Numbered from the stretch's first letter, positions 10,981 to 22,326 are shown. The stretch: 64,000 nucleotides of DNA from an uncultured delta proteobacterium (GCA_963765675.1 CAVXXK010000001.1:576001-640000), one strand, 5' to 3'. The notes: generated by a model from the sequence alone, not told the origin. Made by a program: numbers and translations.

Positions 10981-11337
10981 GAGCAGCACTCTCACCCACG
11001 CGTCACGATGCCTGCGAAAAAACGCAAGCCTCGCGCCGCGCCGCCCTCTCCCGGAGAAGAGCTTTGCGTAACCAATCGGACGGGTGCGCCGGTGCGCAAG
11101 GGCGAGATTCCTCGCGACCTCTGCCGTGCAACATGAAGCATCCGAAACCATACAGGGTGCCTGATCGCGCTCGGAATGACACAAGGCCAGGAGAAATTGT
11201 CATTCCGAGCGCGCGCAGGCAGTCAGATGGGGGCGTGCGTATCAACTGGCGCGGCAGATCTCGCGAGGAATCTCGCCCTCACAGATCGGCACACTTTTCC
11301 GATTGGTTATGCAAAGCTCTCCGGAGGGAGATGGTAT
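10981..11337. mobile_element. Composite repeat: nested-palindrome MITE-like element (11058-11320) inside a CCCTCACCC/CCCTCTCCC-type palindrome
   Basis: 23-bp terminal inverted repeats (22/23 match) at 11058-11080 and 11298-11320, two inner stem pairs, and CCGGAG on both flanks. A near-identical inverted copy lies at 27267-27620. Confidence 0.8.
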
Positions 11338-11405
11338 TTCATAGCTAACGACTCGCTCGATCCGGAGGCGCGTTTGCGATGCGTCCGAGTCCCGCGCGTC
11401 GGAAA

Positions 11406-11711
11406 TCATTTGCGCAGCTTGCCGAGGACGCGATTCACCAGTCCCGCCGCTGGCGGTTTGCTTTCTGGAGCCGGGAGTCGGTGTCCGTCGCGAAGCGCCT
11501 CGAAGGTTTCCTCGACTTCGTCGTCAAGCGGGAAGCGGCCGCTCTGCGCCTTCGAGAAGATCAGGCGTCCGTTGACGATAACGTCGAACTGACCCGATTT
11601 GCCCGCTTTGATTGCGGTCTCTTCGCCGAATCGATCGGTGAGCGAGGCGGCCAGACTGGCCGCGCGCGGTTTATAGCCTCAAGCCGAGCAGTAAAGGATT
11701 TGGGTTGCCAT
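11406..11711 (-). CDS. Rdx family (SelW/SelT/SelH-like) selenoprotein, 101 aa, Sec at codon 11
   Basis: Reads MATQILYCSA-UGA-GYKPRAASLAASL...GKSGQFDVIVNGRLIFSK..GRFP..EV. CxxU motif; the frame stays open for 90 codons after the UGA; SECIS-like hairpin downstream. Confidence 0.88.
11647..11663 (-). promoter_or_regulatory. Candidate bacterial SECIS element
   Basis: mRNA stem GCGGCCA/UGGCCGC with a GUC apical loop; 22 nt separate the UGA (11681-11679) from the loop G. Confidence 0.7.
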
Positions 11712-11754
11712 GGCTTAAGCGTAAGCCCGGCGACGCGCCAATTCAATTCGCCAG

Positions 11755-12318
11755 CTATTTGCCGTTAGGCAGATCGACAAACACGGCGGCGGCCACGACC
11801 GACGACCACAGCCCGTCGCGGTCGCCAATCGCCGATTGGGTGACGTTGCGCGTCGTCACGATTTTGTCGGACACGCGCCATACGTCCTTGCGTTCGTCGT
11901 AGCTTGCGTTGGGATCAAAATCGACGCCCAGGATCGTCGCTAGCATCTGCGCCGCGAGATCTTCGGCATAGTCGCCTGCCTTCTGATCGGTCTCGCCGAA
12001 GCTGTGATGCTCCGAGAGATAGCCGTACTGGTCGGGGTTGGCGGGAACCGCAACGCCGACCGAGGCCGCGATCAGGCGATGCGGCTCGTTGGTCGCATTC
12101 TCGCTCATCACCGCAAACACGATTTGGCCGGAGCTCAAATACTTGAGCCCTTCCTGCTGGCTGAGCATCTTGCAACGCGGCGGGAAGATCGACTTGACCC
12201 GCACCAGGTTGAATTCGGCGATACCGGCAGAACGCAGGGACATTTCAAACGAGGTCAGCTTCTCGCGATGCTTGCCCACGCCCTTGGTCAAAAACACGCC
12301 CTTTGGAAGCGGCCCCAT
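11755..12318 (-). CDS. pdaD: Pyruvoyl-dependent arginine decarboxylase
   Basis: LTKGVG...LTSFE..LR.AGIA.FNLVRVxSIFPP, GYLSEHH, YAEDLAAQMLAT. Confidence 0.85.
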   Translation of the reverse strand: MGPLPKGVFLTKGVGKHREKLTSFEMSLRSAGIAEFNLVRVKSIFPPRCKMLSQQEGLKYLSSGQIVFAVMSENATNEPHRLIAASVGVAVPANPDQYGYLSEHHSFGETDQKAGDYAEDLAAQMLATILGVDFDPNASYDERKDVWRVSDKIVTTRNVTQSAIGDRDGLWSSVVAAAVFVDLPNGK

Positions 12319-12463
12319 CGGTTCTGATTCTCCACAAGACCGCGGTCGCCCCGCGGCGTATTGGTTTAACGATCTCGTGCGGCGCGCGCCGGTATTACAG
12401 GAAGACGCGCCGCACGTACGAAAATCGCAATCGTTTTATACAATCGCGCCCCTGCGCGCTACC

Positions 12464-14140
<1,677 letters not shown>

Positions 14141-14155
14141 TGTCGGTAAACCGGG

Positions 14156-14656
14156 CTACTCGATCACCACGAGCAGCTCGCCCTTTTCCACGGTCTGGCC
14201 CGCCACCACCTTTACCTCGGTCACCTTTCCGGCCTTCGGGCTCTTGAGTTCGTTTTCCATCTTCATCGCTTCGACGGTCACGACGCCCTGCCCCGACTGG
14301 ACCTCCTCACCGGACGCAACCAGTACTGCGACCACGCGTCCCGGCATCCCAGCCTTGATCTCGATCCTGCCGCTGACTTCGCGTTTGTTCGCCGCACGAG
14401 ATGCGCGACGCGCCGCATCGACCAGCATGAGGCGCGTCGAGCCGGTGCGCGACGCGACCACGATCGCGTCGCCATCGCGCGCGACATCAATATCGAACGA
14501 ACGCCCGTCGATCAGGATCGAAAACGAATCTGGTCCGACTTTGCGCACGTCGGCGTCGAAGCGATGCCCGCCTAAGGTAATGGCGAAACTTTCGGCCGAG
14601 ATCTCCTCGAGCTCGATTTCGTGTTCCGCGTCATCAAGAGTCGCGACGTAGCGCAT
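14156..14656 (-). CDS. Biotin carboxyl carrier protein of an acyl-CoA carboxylase
   Basis: AGMPGRVV...EAMKMENEL biotinylation motif; AAAGGA ribosome-binding site upstream of ATG 14656. Confidence 0.9.
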   Translation of the reverse strand: MRYVATLDDAEHEIELEEISAESFAITLGGHRFDADVRKVGPDSFSILIDGRSFDIDVARDGDAIVVASRTGSTRLMLVDAARRASRAANKREVSGRIEIKAGMPGRVVAVLVASGEEVQSGQGVVTVEAMKMENELKSPKAGKVTEVKVVAGQTVEKGELLVVIE

Positions 14657-14673
14657 CAGCATCGATCCTTTCT

Positions 14674-16188
14674 CTATCTCCGAAGCGAGTCGAAGCGCGC
14701 AAGGCTGCGCCACGCCGAGCCCGCCGGTTGCGCGACGCGAGCCGGGACCTGGCCGTTGTTGTGATTCGCGCTCCGCTGGGCCGCGATCGCCGCCAGAAGC
14801 AGCGCGGCGGTTCGCGCGTGATCGTCGCCTTTCGTTGCAGCGCCCGGATGATACTCCTGCGCAATAAAATTGGTGTCGAAATCGCCGGCAATAAACCGCG
14901 GATGCGTCATGATCCAGCGGTGGAACGACAAATTCGTCGTGAGCTCGCCCGAGATCACGAACTCGCTGAGCGCGCGGCGCATCCGATCGATCGCCTCCGC
15001 GCGATTTGCGCCGTGCGCCGCCAATTTCGAGATCATCGGATCGTAAAACATCGGCACTTCCGCGCCCGCGTAGACGCCGGCGTCGTTGCGGATTCCCGGA
15101 CCTTCGGGAAACCGCAACGTCTGGATTTTCCCCGGCGCAGGAACGAAACCCGCCTCGGGATCCTCGGCGTAGATGCGGCATTCGATCGCCCATCCGCGCT
15201 GCGCGAGGTCTTTCTGCTTGAATGGCAGCGGCTTGCCCGCCGCGATTTCGATCTGCGTGCGCACGAGATCAACTCCCGTCACCAGCTCGGTGATTGCGTG
15301 CTCGACCTGGATGCGCGTGTTCATCTCGAGGAAATAAAAGTTGCGACCCGCGTCGGCCAGAAACTCGATCGTCCCAGCGCTGTAGTATCCGACCGCTTTC
15401 GCCGCCTGCACCGCGACCGCGCCCATCTTCTGGCGCATCTCGGGAGTCACGAACGGCGACGGCGACTCCTCGACCACCTTCTGATTGCGGCGCTGGATCG
15501 AACATTCGCGCTCGAATACGTGGACCGTGTTGCCCTGCTTGTCGGCCAACACCTGGATTTCGATATGCCGCGGGCGTCGCACAAATTTTTCGACGTAGAA
15601 ACGTCCGTCGCCGAATGACGACTTCGCCTCGCTCGACACGGTGCGGACGATCGACGCGAGGTCCTTGTCGCTCTCGACCATCCGCATGCCCTTGCCGCCG
15701 CCGCCGGCCGCCGCCTTGATCATGATCGGAAATCCGATCTTGTTCGCGATCTCGCGAACCTGCGCTTCCGTCTCGAGTGTGCCCGGAGATCCCGGCACGA
15801 CAGGGACTCCCGCCGCCGACATCAGCTTGCGCGCCTCGACCTTGTCGCCCATGCGCTCGATCGCCTCCGGCGGAGGACCAATCCAGACCAGTCCTGCTTT
15901 CTCGACCGCGCGCGCGAAGCCCGCGTTCTCCGAAAAGAATCCGTAGCCCGGATGCACCGCGTCGGCGCCGGTTTTCTTCGCGGCCTCGAGGATACGATCG
16001 ATCTTCAGATAGCTTTCCGTCGCCGGAGCCGCGCCCACCGCTGCCGCGTAGTCAGCCTCGCGCACGTGCAGCGCGCCGCGGTCGGCGTCGGAATAGACCG
16101 CGACCGATTCGAGCCCCAATTCGCGGCAGGCGCGAATAACCCGCACCGCGATTTCGCCGCGATTCGCAATCAAGATCCGTTTGAACAT
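14674..16188 (-). CDS. accC: Biotin carboxylase subunit (acetyl/propionyl-CoA carboxylase)
   Basis: ANRGEIA, HPGYGF, GGGGKGM, ERECSIQRR, EMNTRIQVEH, YDPMISKL. Confidence 0.93.
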   Translation of the reverse strand: MFKRILIANRGEIAVRVIRACRELGLESVAVYSDADRGALHVREADYAAAVGAAPATESYLKIDRILEAAKKTGADAVHPGYGFFSENAGFARAVEKAGLVWIGPPPEAIERMGDKVEARKLMSAAGVPVVPGSPGTLETEAQVREIANKIGFPIMIKAAAGGGGKGMRMVESDKDLASIVRTVSSEAKSSFGDGRFYVEKFVRRPRHIEIQVLADKQGNTVHVFERECSIQRRNQKVVEESPSPFVTPEMRQKMGAVAVQAAKAVGYYSAGTIEFLADAGRNFYFLEMNTRIQVEHAITELVTGVDLVRTQIEIAAGKPLPFKQKDLAQRGWAIECRIYAEDPEAGFVPAPGKIQTLRFPEGPGIRNDAGVYAGAEVPMFYDPMISKLAAHGANRAEAIDRMRRALSEFVISGELTTNLSFHRWIMTHPRFIAGDFDTNFIAQEYHPGAATKGDDHARTAALLLAAIAAQRSANHNNGQVPARVAQPAGSAWRSLARFDSLRR

Positions 16189-16298
16189 CAGTGTCCCAGC
16201 AGTTCCGGTTCCCGAACCGGAGCATTGCTTATCAATTCGTTTATACTCAATTGAGCTCGGGCGGGCGACTCATCAGATGAAACAGTGCCGCGGTCCCG

Positions 16299-17834
16299 TT
16301 ACAGTGGGATATTCCCATGCTTGCGTGGCGGATTCTTGTCGCGTTTGTTTTCGAGCGCGCGCAGCGCCGTGATCAGCCGCGGCCGCGTATCGCGCGGCAT
16401 CAGGACTTCGTCGACGTAGCCTAGCTCGGCCGCCTTGAACGGATTGGCGAACCGCGCGCGATAATCATCGACCAGCGTCGCTCGCTCCGCCGCCGTCATC
16501 TCATTGCGGAAGATAATATTGATCGCCTGCTCCGGACCCATCACCGCGATCTCGGCGGTCGGATAGGCGAAGTTGAAATCGCCGCGTATATGCTTCGAGG
16601 ACATCACGTCGTACGCGCCGCCGTAAGCTTTGCGCGTGATCACCGTGACCTTGGGCACCGTCGCCTCGCAATAGGCATAGAGCAACTTGGCGCCGTGGCG
16701 GATGATCCCGCTGAACTCCTGCGCGGTGCCCGGTAGGAACCCAGGCACATCGACGAACGTCACCAACGGAATATTGAACGCGTCGCAGAAGCGGACGAAA
16801 CGCGCGGCCTTCACCGACGCGTCGATATCCAGGCATCCCGCGAGGAACGCCGGCTGATTGGCGACGACGCCGACCGAGTATCCGCCGAGTCGCGCAAAGC
16901 CGACGAGCATGTTGCGCGCGTAATCTTTCTGGATTTCGAGATAGTGCCCGCCATCGACCACGCGCCGGATAATGTCGCCCATGTCGTACGACTTGCTGGG
17001 ATTATCCGGCACGATCGTGTCGAGCGACGCATCGGTGCGATTTGGATCGTCGCTGGTCGGCACGAACGGCGGATCTTCGACGTTGTTCGACGGCATGTAG
17101 GACAGCAGCTCGCGCAGCGCGGCCAGCGCGCTCTCGTCGTCGAGCGCTTCGAGGTGGCAGACGCCGGATTTCTGCGAATGCGTGTCGGCGCCGCCCAGCT
17201 CCTGCATCGTGACTTCCTCGTGGGTCGTCGCGCGAATCACGTCCGGCCCGGTGATGAACATGTACGAGGTGTCGCGCACCATCACGATAAAATCCGTCAT
17301 CGCGGGCGAGTACACCGCGCCGCCCGCGCACGGTCCCATGATCGCCGAAAGCTGCGGCACTACGCCCGACGCCATCACGTTGCGCAAAAAGATATCCGCG
17401 TAGCCTGCCAGCGAGACCACTCCCTCCTGGATCCGCGCTCCGCTGCCGTCATTGATGCCGATAACCGGGCATCCGGTCTTGGCCGCGAGGTCCATCACCT
17501 TGCAGACTTTTTCCGCGAACGCGCCCGACAGGCTGCCGCCGAAGACCGTGAAGTCGTGCGAGAAGACGCAGACCTGCCGCCCGTCGATCGTGCCGTAGCC
17601 GGTGATTACGCCATCGCCTGGAATCTTCTTCGAATCCATGTCGAAGTCGGTGATGCGATGAGTTTTGAACTTGTCGAGTTCCACGAACGAGCCGCGGTCG
17701 AGCAGGAACTCGACCCGTTCGCGCGCGGTCATGCGCCCGTTCTGGCGCTGCCTCTTGAGCCGCTCCTCGCCGCCGCCGCTTTCGGCCTGGCGCGAGAGTT
17801 GATTCATACGCTCGATGTTTTCTTTAAGCCCCAT
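16299..17834 (-). CDS. pccB: Acyl-CoA carboxylase carboxyltransferase (propionyl-CoA carboxylase beta chain)
   Basis: [39 protein letters not shown]. Start at MGLKEN. Confidence 0.92.
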   Translation of the reverse strand: MGLKENIERMNQLSRQAESGGGEERLKRQRQNGRMTARERVEFLLDRGSFVELDKFKTHRITDFDMDSKKIPGDGVITGYGTIDGRQVCVFSHDFTVFGGSLSGAFAEKVCKVMDLAAKTGCPVIGINDGSGARIQEGVVSLAGYADIFLRNVMASGVVPQLSAIMGPCAGGAVYSPAMTDFIVMVRDTSYMFITGPDVIRATTHEEVTMQELGGADTHSQKSGVCHLEALDDESALAALRELLSYMPSNNVEDPPFVPTSDDPNRTDASLDTIVPDNPSKSYDMGDIIRRVVDGGHYLEIQKDYARNMLVGFARLGGYSVGVVANQPAFLAGCLDIDASVKAARFVRFCDAFNIPLVTFVDVPGFLPGTAQEFSGIIRHGAKLLYAYCEATVPKVTVITRKAYGGAYDVMSSKHIRGDFNFAYPTAEIAVMGPEQAINIIFRNEMTAAERATLVDDYRARFANPFKAAELGYVDEVLMPRDTRPRLITALRALENKRDKNPPRKHGNIPL

Positions 17835-17990
17835 GCCAACAGCTATCCAATCTGACGTTCGGGTGATCGAGAAATGATACGGCAGGAATGCGGAACAGCG
17901 CAATGCAATCCCATCGGCCAGAATAGATACCCCATGTTCAATTGCGGTTAAAGCCTCCGATCCTGCATCGCGGCAAATGCCATCAGGAGA

Positions 17991-18030
17991 AAATACAGAG
18001 GCCGAACGGCTATGGCTCCGTTCGGCCTCT
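17991..18030 (-). terminator. Rho-independent terminator after the NHL lipoprotein gene
   Basis: 13-bp stem AGAGGCCGAACGG/CCGTTCGGCCTCT followed by GTATTTT on the - strand. Confidence 0.65.
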
Positions 18031-18056
18031 CGATCAAAACCCGTGCGGCGATTGAA

Positions 18057-19163
18057 TTACTTAAGCACGGGACCAAAGGTAAGCATGAATGGCCCATCCA
18101 GGTTGGTCGCCGCCGCGGTGGAATCGAGAAACACCGACGGCTGCGGGCTGCCGCTCGCTCCAATCTGGTCGGTCGAAAAATTGGAAATGCTTCCGGCCTG
18201 ATCGCTGTCAACGTTAGCAACCCACAGATTGCCGTTTTTGTCGAAGGTGATACCGGCTGGATCGTCGAAACTGTTCGCGGTCGTACCGGTCACCGTCGTC
18301 GCGGTAAGCATCACCGCCGGGGTCGGACTCCCGGTCGCGGTCAATTGGTCCGCGGTAAACTTCACGACGCTCCCCAGTCCCTGCGTCGGATCGCTATTGT
18401 TGGCCACCCATAGGCTGCCGTCGGCATCGAACGTAACGGGTTCCGGCGAGTCGAGGCTGCCGCTTCCGTCGTCGGTGAGAATCACAGACGCCGACTGCGT
18501 TCCACCGGCAGAAAGTTGCGCGGCGGTGAACATCACCACATCATCAAGGGAATCGTCACCCACCCAGATGTCTCCGGCATCGTCGAAGACAATCCCGACC
18601 GGAGAATCCAAATCTGCCGACGATAAGACGATATTCGGAGTTGGCGATCCGCTACTTTCGAGTTGCGACGGCGTGAACTCCAGCAGTTCTCCGGCCCCTT
18701 CGTTGGCCACCCACAAGTTGCCCGACACGTCGAACGCCATTCCTTCGGGACGGTCCAGCCCCGAGATAACCACCGCCGCGGCCGGATCGTCGTTCTTCTT
18801 GAGCCTCTTGAGCTGGGCAAACGTAAACCAGGTCAGAGTTCCGTTGCCCACGTTGCTGACCCACAGGTTTTTCCCGGAATCGAAAATGATTCCCCAAGGT
18901 TCGTTCAGATCGGTGCTTGCATTGACCAGAGTTGCGTCCGGGCTCCCGCTTTTCTTAAGCTTCTTTTTGGCGAATTCCGAAACGAAATTTCCAGTTCTGT
19001 TGGCCACCCACAGTGCCTCGCCGCTCGATGTCACGGGGCTCGAATGCGACGAAGAGCCTCCGCATCCCGCCAGCACCGCTGACATCATCAACGCCGCCAC
19101 TGCGCCCACCGCATACGAAGCGATAGTCACACCGCCTCTGCCGTTCGATCCAACTTCCCTCAC
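18057..19163 (-). CDS. NHL-repeat / beta-propeller lipoprotein
   Basis: LAGC lipobox and repeated P.GI.FD..GNLWVAN blades; GGGAGG precedes GTG 19163 (alternative start 19130). Confidence 0.85.
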   Translation of the reverse strand: MREVGSNGRGGVTIASYAVGAVAALMMSAVLAGCGGSSSHSSPVTSSGEALWVANRTGNFVSEFAKKKLKKSGSPDATLVNASTDLNEPWGIIFDSGKNLWVSNVGNGTLTWFTFAQLKRLKKNDDPAAAVVISGLDRPEGMAFDVSGNLWVANEGAGELLEFTPSQLESSGSPTPNIVLSSADLDSPVGIVFDDAGDIWVGDDSLDDVVMFTAAQLSAGGTQSASVILTDDGSGSLDSPEPVTFDADGSLWVANNSDPTQGLGSVVKFTADQLTATGSPTPAVMLTATTVTGTTANSFDDPAGITFDKNGNLWVANVDSDQAGSISNFSTDQIGASGSPQPSVFLDSTAAATNLDGPFMLTFGPVLK

Positions 19164-19406
19164 TGTCAATTCCTCCCACGCACGCGATGCCGCGATCAGC
19201 CCATGCACCGGCTGATGCGCAGCGAGTGAATTCTGAAGGCCGACGCGGTTCCACTCAGATCGTGCAGGCTCTGCTTTGAGTGACCGCGTCCAGGCCCTGC
19301 CCAAAACCGACACTAGAGTAGTGAATCTGGCCTCGATGTATCAATACGCCCGAGTAGCGTCCCGAGGCGCGTCCAATGATCAATCGTAACAATTTTACAA
19401 CAAGAT

Positions 19407-19877
19407 CTACTCGCTGGCCTGCGGGGTGAAGCCACTGAAGACGAGCTTGTCGCCCGCGGCTATATGATGGCGCGCGGCGAATCCGCCATTCACCTCGAGC
19501 ACGTAGCTCGAGTCCGCGTCGACGCCCCGCGGTGTCAGCGTATACGGCGCCGCGTTGGCCACGACTCCGACGATCTTGCCCTCTGCATCGGCGAAGATCA
19601 TGTCGAGCGGAATCTCGGTGTTCTTCATCCAGAAACTGAGCCGCGCCGGATCTCGAAAGACGAAGATCATTCCCGCGTCTTCGCCGAGATGACTTCGATA
19701 CATCAGTCCGGTCTCGCGTTCCGACGCCGTATCCGCGATCTCGACCCGCACCTGCGCCAATTCCTTTCCGTCCGGCGCGACGATCGAAACGCACGGTCCG
19801 CGCGCGCACGCGATCAGCAGCAGCGCAAATATCGCGGCGAATGCCTGCCAGCGGAGCACAAAGGTTGGCCTGCGCAT
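19407..19877 (-). CDS. DUF192 family protein
   Basis: VEIADT...RETGLMYR, GMIFVF, FWMKNTEIPLDMIF, YVLEVNGG. Confidence 0.9.
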   Translation of the reverse strand: MRRPTFVLRWQAFAAIFALLLIACARGPCVSIVAPDGKELAQVRVEIADTASERETGLMYRSHLGEDAGMIFVFRDPARLSFWMKNTEIPLDMIFADAEGKIVGVVANAAPYTLTPRGVDADSSYVLEVNGGFAARHHIAAGDKLVFSGFTPQASE

Positions 19878-19887
19878 CGGGATCAGA

Positions 19888-21225
19888 TCATTCGGGGTAA
19901 GCGTGTGCTGCGTCACCTTTCTCGGGAGAAATTTCCTCGAGCTCCTGGCCGGCGGTCTCCGGATAGCCAAAATACATGATGAACGGCGCCATCATCCAGA
20001 ACACCGTCAGGTAACTGATCGCGGTCCAGTGCGAATGGAAATATGAAAACAGCACTCCTTCGAGCAGCAGCCCGATTGCGCCGCCCGTGGTTCCCGCGAC
20101 GCTCAGCGCGCTGCCCGCGGTCGATCGATGCGAGGTCGGGAACAGCTCCGCGCTGTAGGCCGCGACGATCGTGCCGGAGGCCGAGTCGAGGAACAGCTCG
20201 AGAATCCATGCCGGAATAATTATCGCGCCCGAGGAGTTGTAGATCACGATCGTCAGCAGCGGCGCAACGAAATAGCAGATCGAGCCCATCGTGCGCCGCC
20301 CGATTCGATCGCTCAGCCGCCCGACTACGATATGGCCCAGGATTCCGACCGCGCCGCCGGCGATGAACAGTATCGATACGTTGCCCGGCGAGTAGCCGTG
20401 CGCCTCCTGCAGGTACTTGGGAAAGAACATCCCGGAAGCGTTGCCGCCCATGCTGCCCAGAAACGCGACCGACATCAGCAGCACGAGGCGTCCAGGGTAC
20501 GCGCGAAACAGCTCCATCACTGGCACCAGCGGATTCGAAGTGTGTTCCGACGCGCGAGCCTCGTCCTCGTAGCGATGGCTCTCCGGCAGCGAGCGGCGCA
20601 GCGGAATAATGATCACCAGCGGAATCAGCGCGAGCGCATACAGCCCGCGCCATCCGTAGGGAATCACATTGACCAGCGCGAACACTCCCGCCGCAAGGCC
20701 GTAGCCGACCGCGCTGAGCGCGCCCAGCAGCCCTACCGTCCAGCCGCGCACTCCCGCATCGACTTCCTCGACCAGGATCACGAGCGCGACAATTCCCTCG
20801 GCGCCGGCGAACGCGCGCGCGAAGATTTGCAGGATCACGAAACTGCGTTCATTCGGCGCAAGCGCGCTGAGCCCGGTCAGAATCGTGTAGCCGTAAATCG
20901 TATAGAGCAGCAGCCTGCGCCGCCCGAACACGTCCGCCAGCGGAGTGAGGAAAAACGTCAGGAGATAGCCGAACCTGATGAGCGACAGCATCGCGCCGAG
21001 CTGCGCCTCCGCGATCTTTAGCCCTTTCTGGATCTGCTTGAGCGCGAGGCTAAGCAGCGCGCGGTCGTAGTTGTCGAAAAATCCCGCCGTGCACGCGATC
21101 AGGAACACGCGCCATTGGCGTCCGCTGAACGGCGGCGTCCTGCCGAACATTCCCAGATGGAAACTGCGGCGCAGCTCATCGCTTGGGACCGAAGATTCTG
21201 CGACGGTGGGAAGCGGTTCACTCAT
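19888..21225 (-). CDS. MFS transporter
   Basis: About 12 TM segments; LADVFGRRR, LPES, LSDRIGRR, ELFPTSHRS, PETAG. Confidence 0.9.
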   Translation of the reverse strand: MSEPLPTVAESSVPSDELRRSFHLGMFGRTPPFSGRQWRVFLIACTAGFFDNYDRALLSLALKQIQKGLKIAEAQLGAMLSLIRFGYLLTFFLTPLADVFGRRRLLLYTIYGYTILTGLSALAPNERSFVILQIFARAFAGAEGIVALVILVEEVDAGVRGWTVGLLGALSAVGYGLAAGVFALVNVIPYGWRGLYALALIPLVIIIPLRRSLPESHRYEDEARASEHTSNPLVPVMELFRAYPGRLVLLMSVAFLGSMGGNASGMFFPKYLQEAHGYSPGNVSILFIAGGAVGILGHIVVGRLSDRIGRRTMGSICYFVAPLLTIVIYNSSGAIIIPAWILELFLDSASGTIVAAYSAELFPTSHRSTAGSALSVAGTTGGAIGLLLEGVLFSYFHSHWTAISYLTVFWMMAPFIMYFGYPETAGQELEEISPEKGDAAHAYPE

Positions 21226-21273
21226 TGAGAGATTCCAGTATGCGGAGGCCGCCGGAGCGCGCCTGGCGCGGTT

Positions 21274-21351
21274 TTAGTCGATCGTCATCTTGAGCGAGCC
21301 GGGTCGGCAAAGAAAGCATGACCCTGGTTTGCGGATCTGCCGCCCCGCAGC
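21274..21351 (-). pseudogene. Decayed 3' end of a cytochrome P450 paralogue
   Basis: The last 17 codons, GSCFLCRPGSLKMTID*, align codon for codon with GSYFLRGLDSLKLAIE* of the P450 ending at 22421. Confidence 0.7.
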
Positions 21352-21378
21352 CATATATGATGGGTTTGTTTTGCCAAG

Positions 21379-22326
21379 ATGACGCCCGATCGCAACACGC
21401 TGTGGCCCGCACCGCTGAGACCGATCGCGCGCGGAGCGCTTCGCCTGTGGGCGCGGACCGGCTGGAAGACCTACGCGCGATACTTGTGGGTCGAGCGCCT
21501 TGCCACGAAGCTTGCCTCCGCCCCGATGCAGACGCGGCTGCCGGATGGCTCCGTGATGCGATGTGACTTCTCCGACTTCGTGCAGCGCCAGATCTATTTC
21601 GGCGGCTTGTTCGAGCCAATCGAGTCGTACCTGTTTCTCAAAATGATCGCGCCGGGCATGACCGTGTTCGACGTCGGCGCGAACTGCGGACAATACACTC
21701 TGCTGGCCGCGCGCGCTGTCGGAGCCGGCGGCGCGGTGCACAGTTTCGAGCCTATAGCCCAGACCTTCACGATTCTCGAGGAACACATCCGCCTCAACCG
21801 ATGCGGCAACGTGACGCTCAACCAGACCGCCTTGTGGAACGAGCCGACTGAGTTGAGTCTCGGCAACGAAACCGAGCAGGCACAGTCCGGACGCTGGAGC
21901 GCAGGGTTCGCAACAAGAGATCCGTCCGCGGTCAAGGTCCGCGCGATCCGGTTCGACGACTACGTCCGTGAGCACCAGATCACCCGGATCGATCTGATCA
22001 AGATGGACATTGAGGGCGCCGAGCCCTTCATGATGCAGGGTGCGCGCGAATCGCTCGCGCGGTTCAAGCCTGCACTCCTGATGGAAATGAACCGGAAGGC
22101 GCTGGACCGGCTCGGATGGACCCCCGAGCGCCTGTGGGACGAATTCAAGTCGCTGGGCTACCGGGCTTTCGAGATCGGACAATCCCGGCGCCAGAGCGGG
22201 CCGGCAACGGTTTTCCCCGCGGGCAAGGTCATAAACCTGATCCTTCATGTGGGCGATCTTCCCGACGGAGTCCTCTCCGGATGGGACCGGCGCCCGGTCA
22301 AGCGATGGGCCTGCAGCGGATGGTAA
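21379..22326 (+). CDS. FkbM family methyltransferase
   Basis: VFDVGANCGQY, VHSFEP, IDLIKMDIEGAE. Confidence 0.9.
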   Translation: MTPDRNTLWPAPLRPIARGALRLWARTGWKTYARYLWVERLATKLASAPMQTRLPDGSVMRCDFSDFVQRQIYFGGLFEPIESYLFLKMIAPGMTVFDVGANCGQYTLLAARAVGAGGAVHSFEPIAQTFTILEEHIRLNRCGNVTLNQTALWNEPTELSLGNETEQAQSGRWSAGFATRDPSAVKVRAIRFDDYVREHQITRIDLIKMDIEGAEPFMMQGARESLARFKPALLMEMNRKALDRLGWTPERLWDEFKSLGYRAFEIGQSRRQSGPATVFPAGKVINLILHVGDLPDGVLSGWDRRPVKRWACSGW

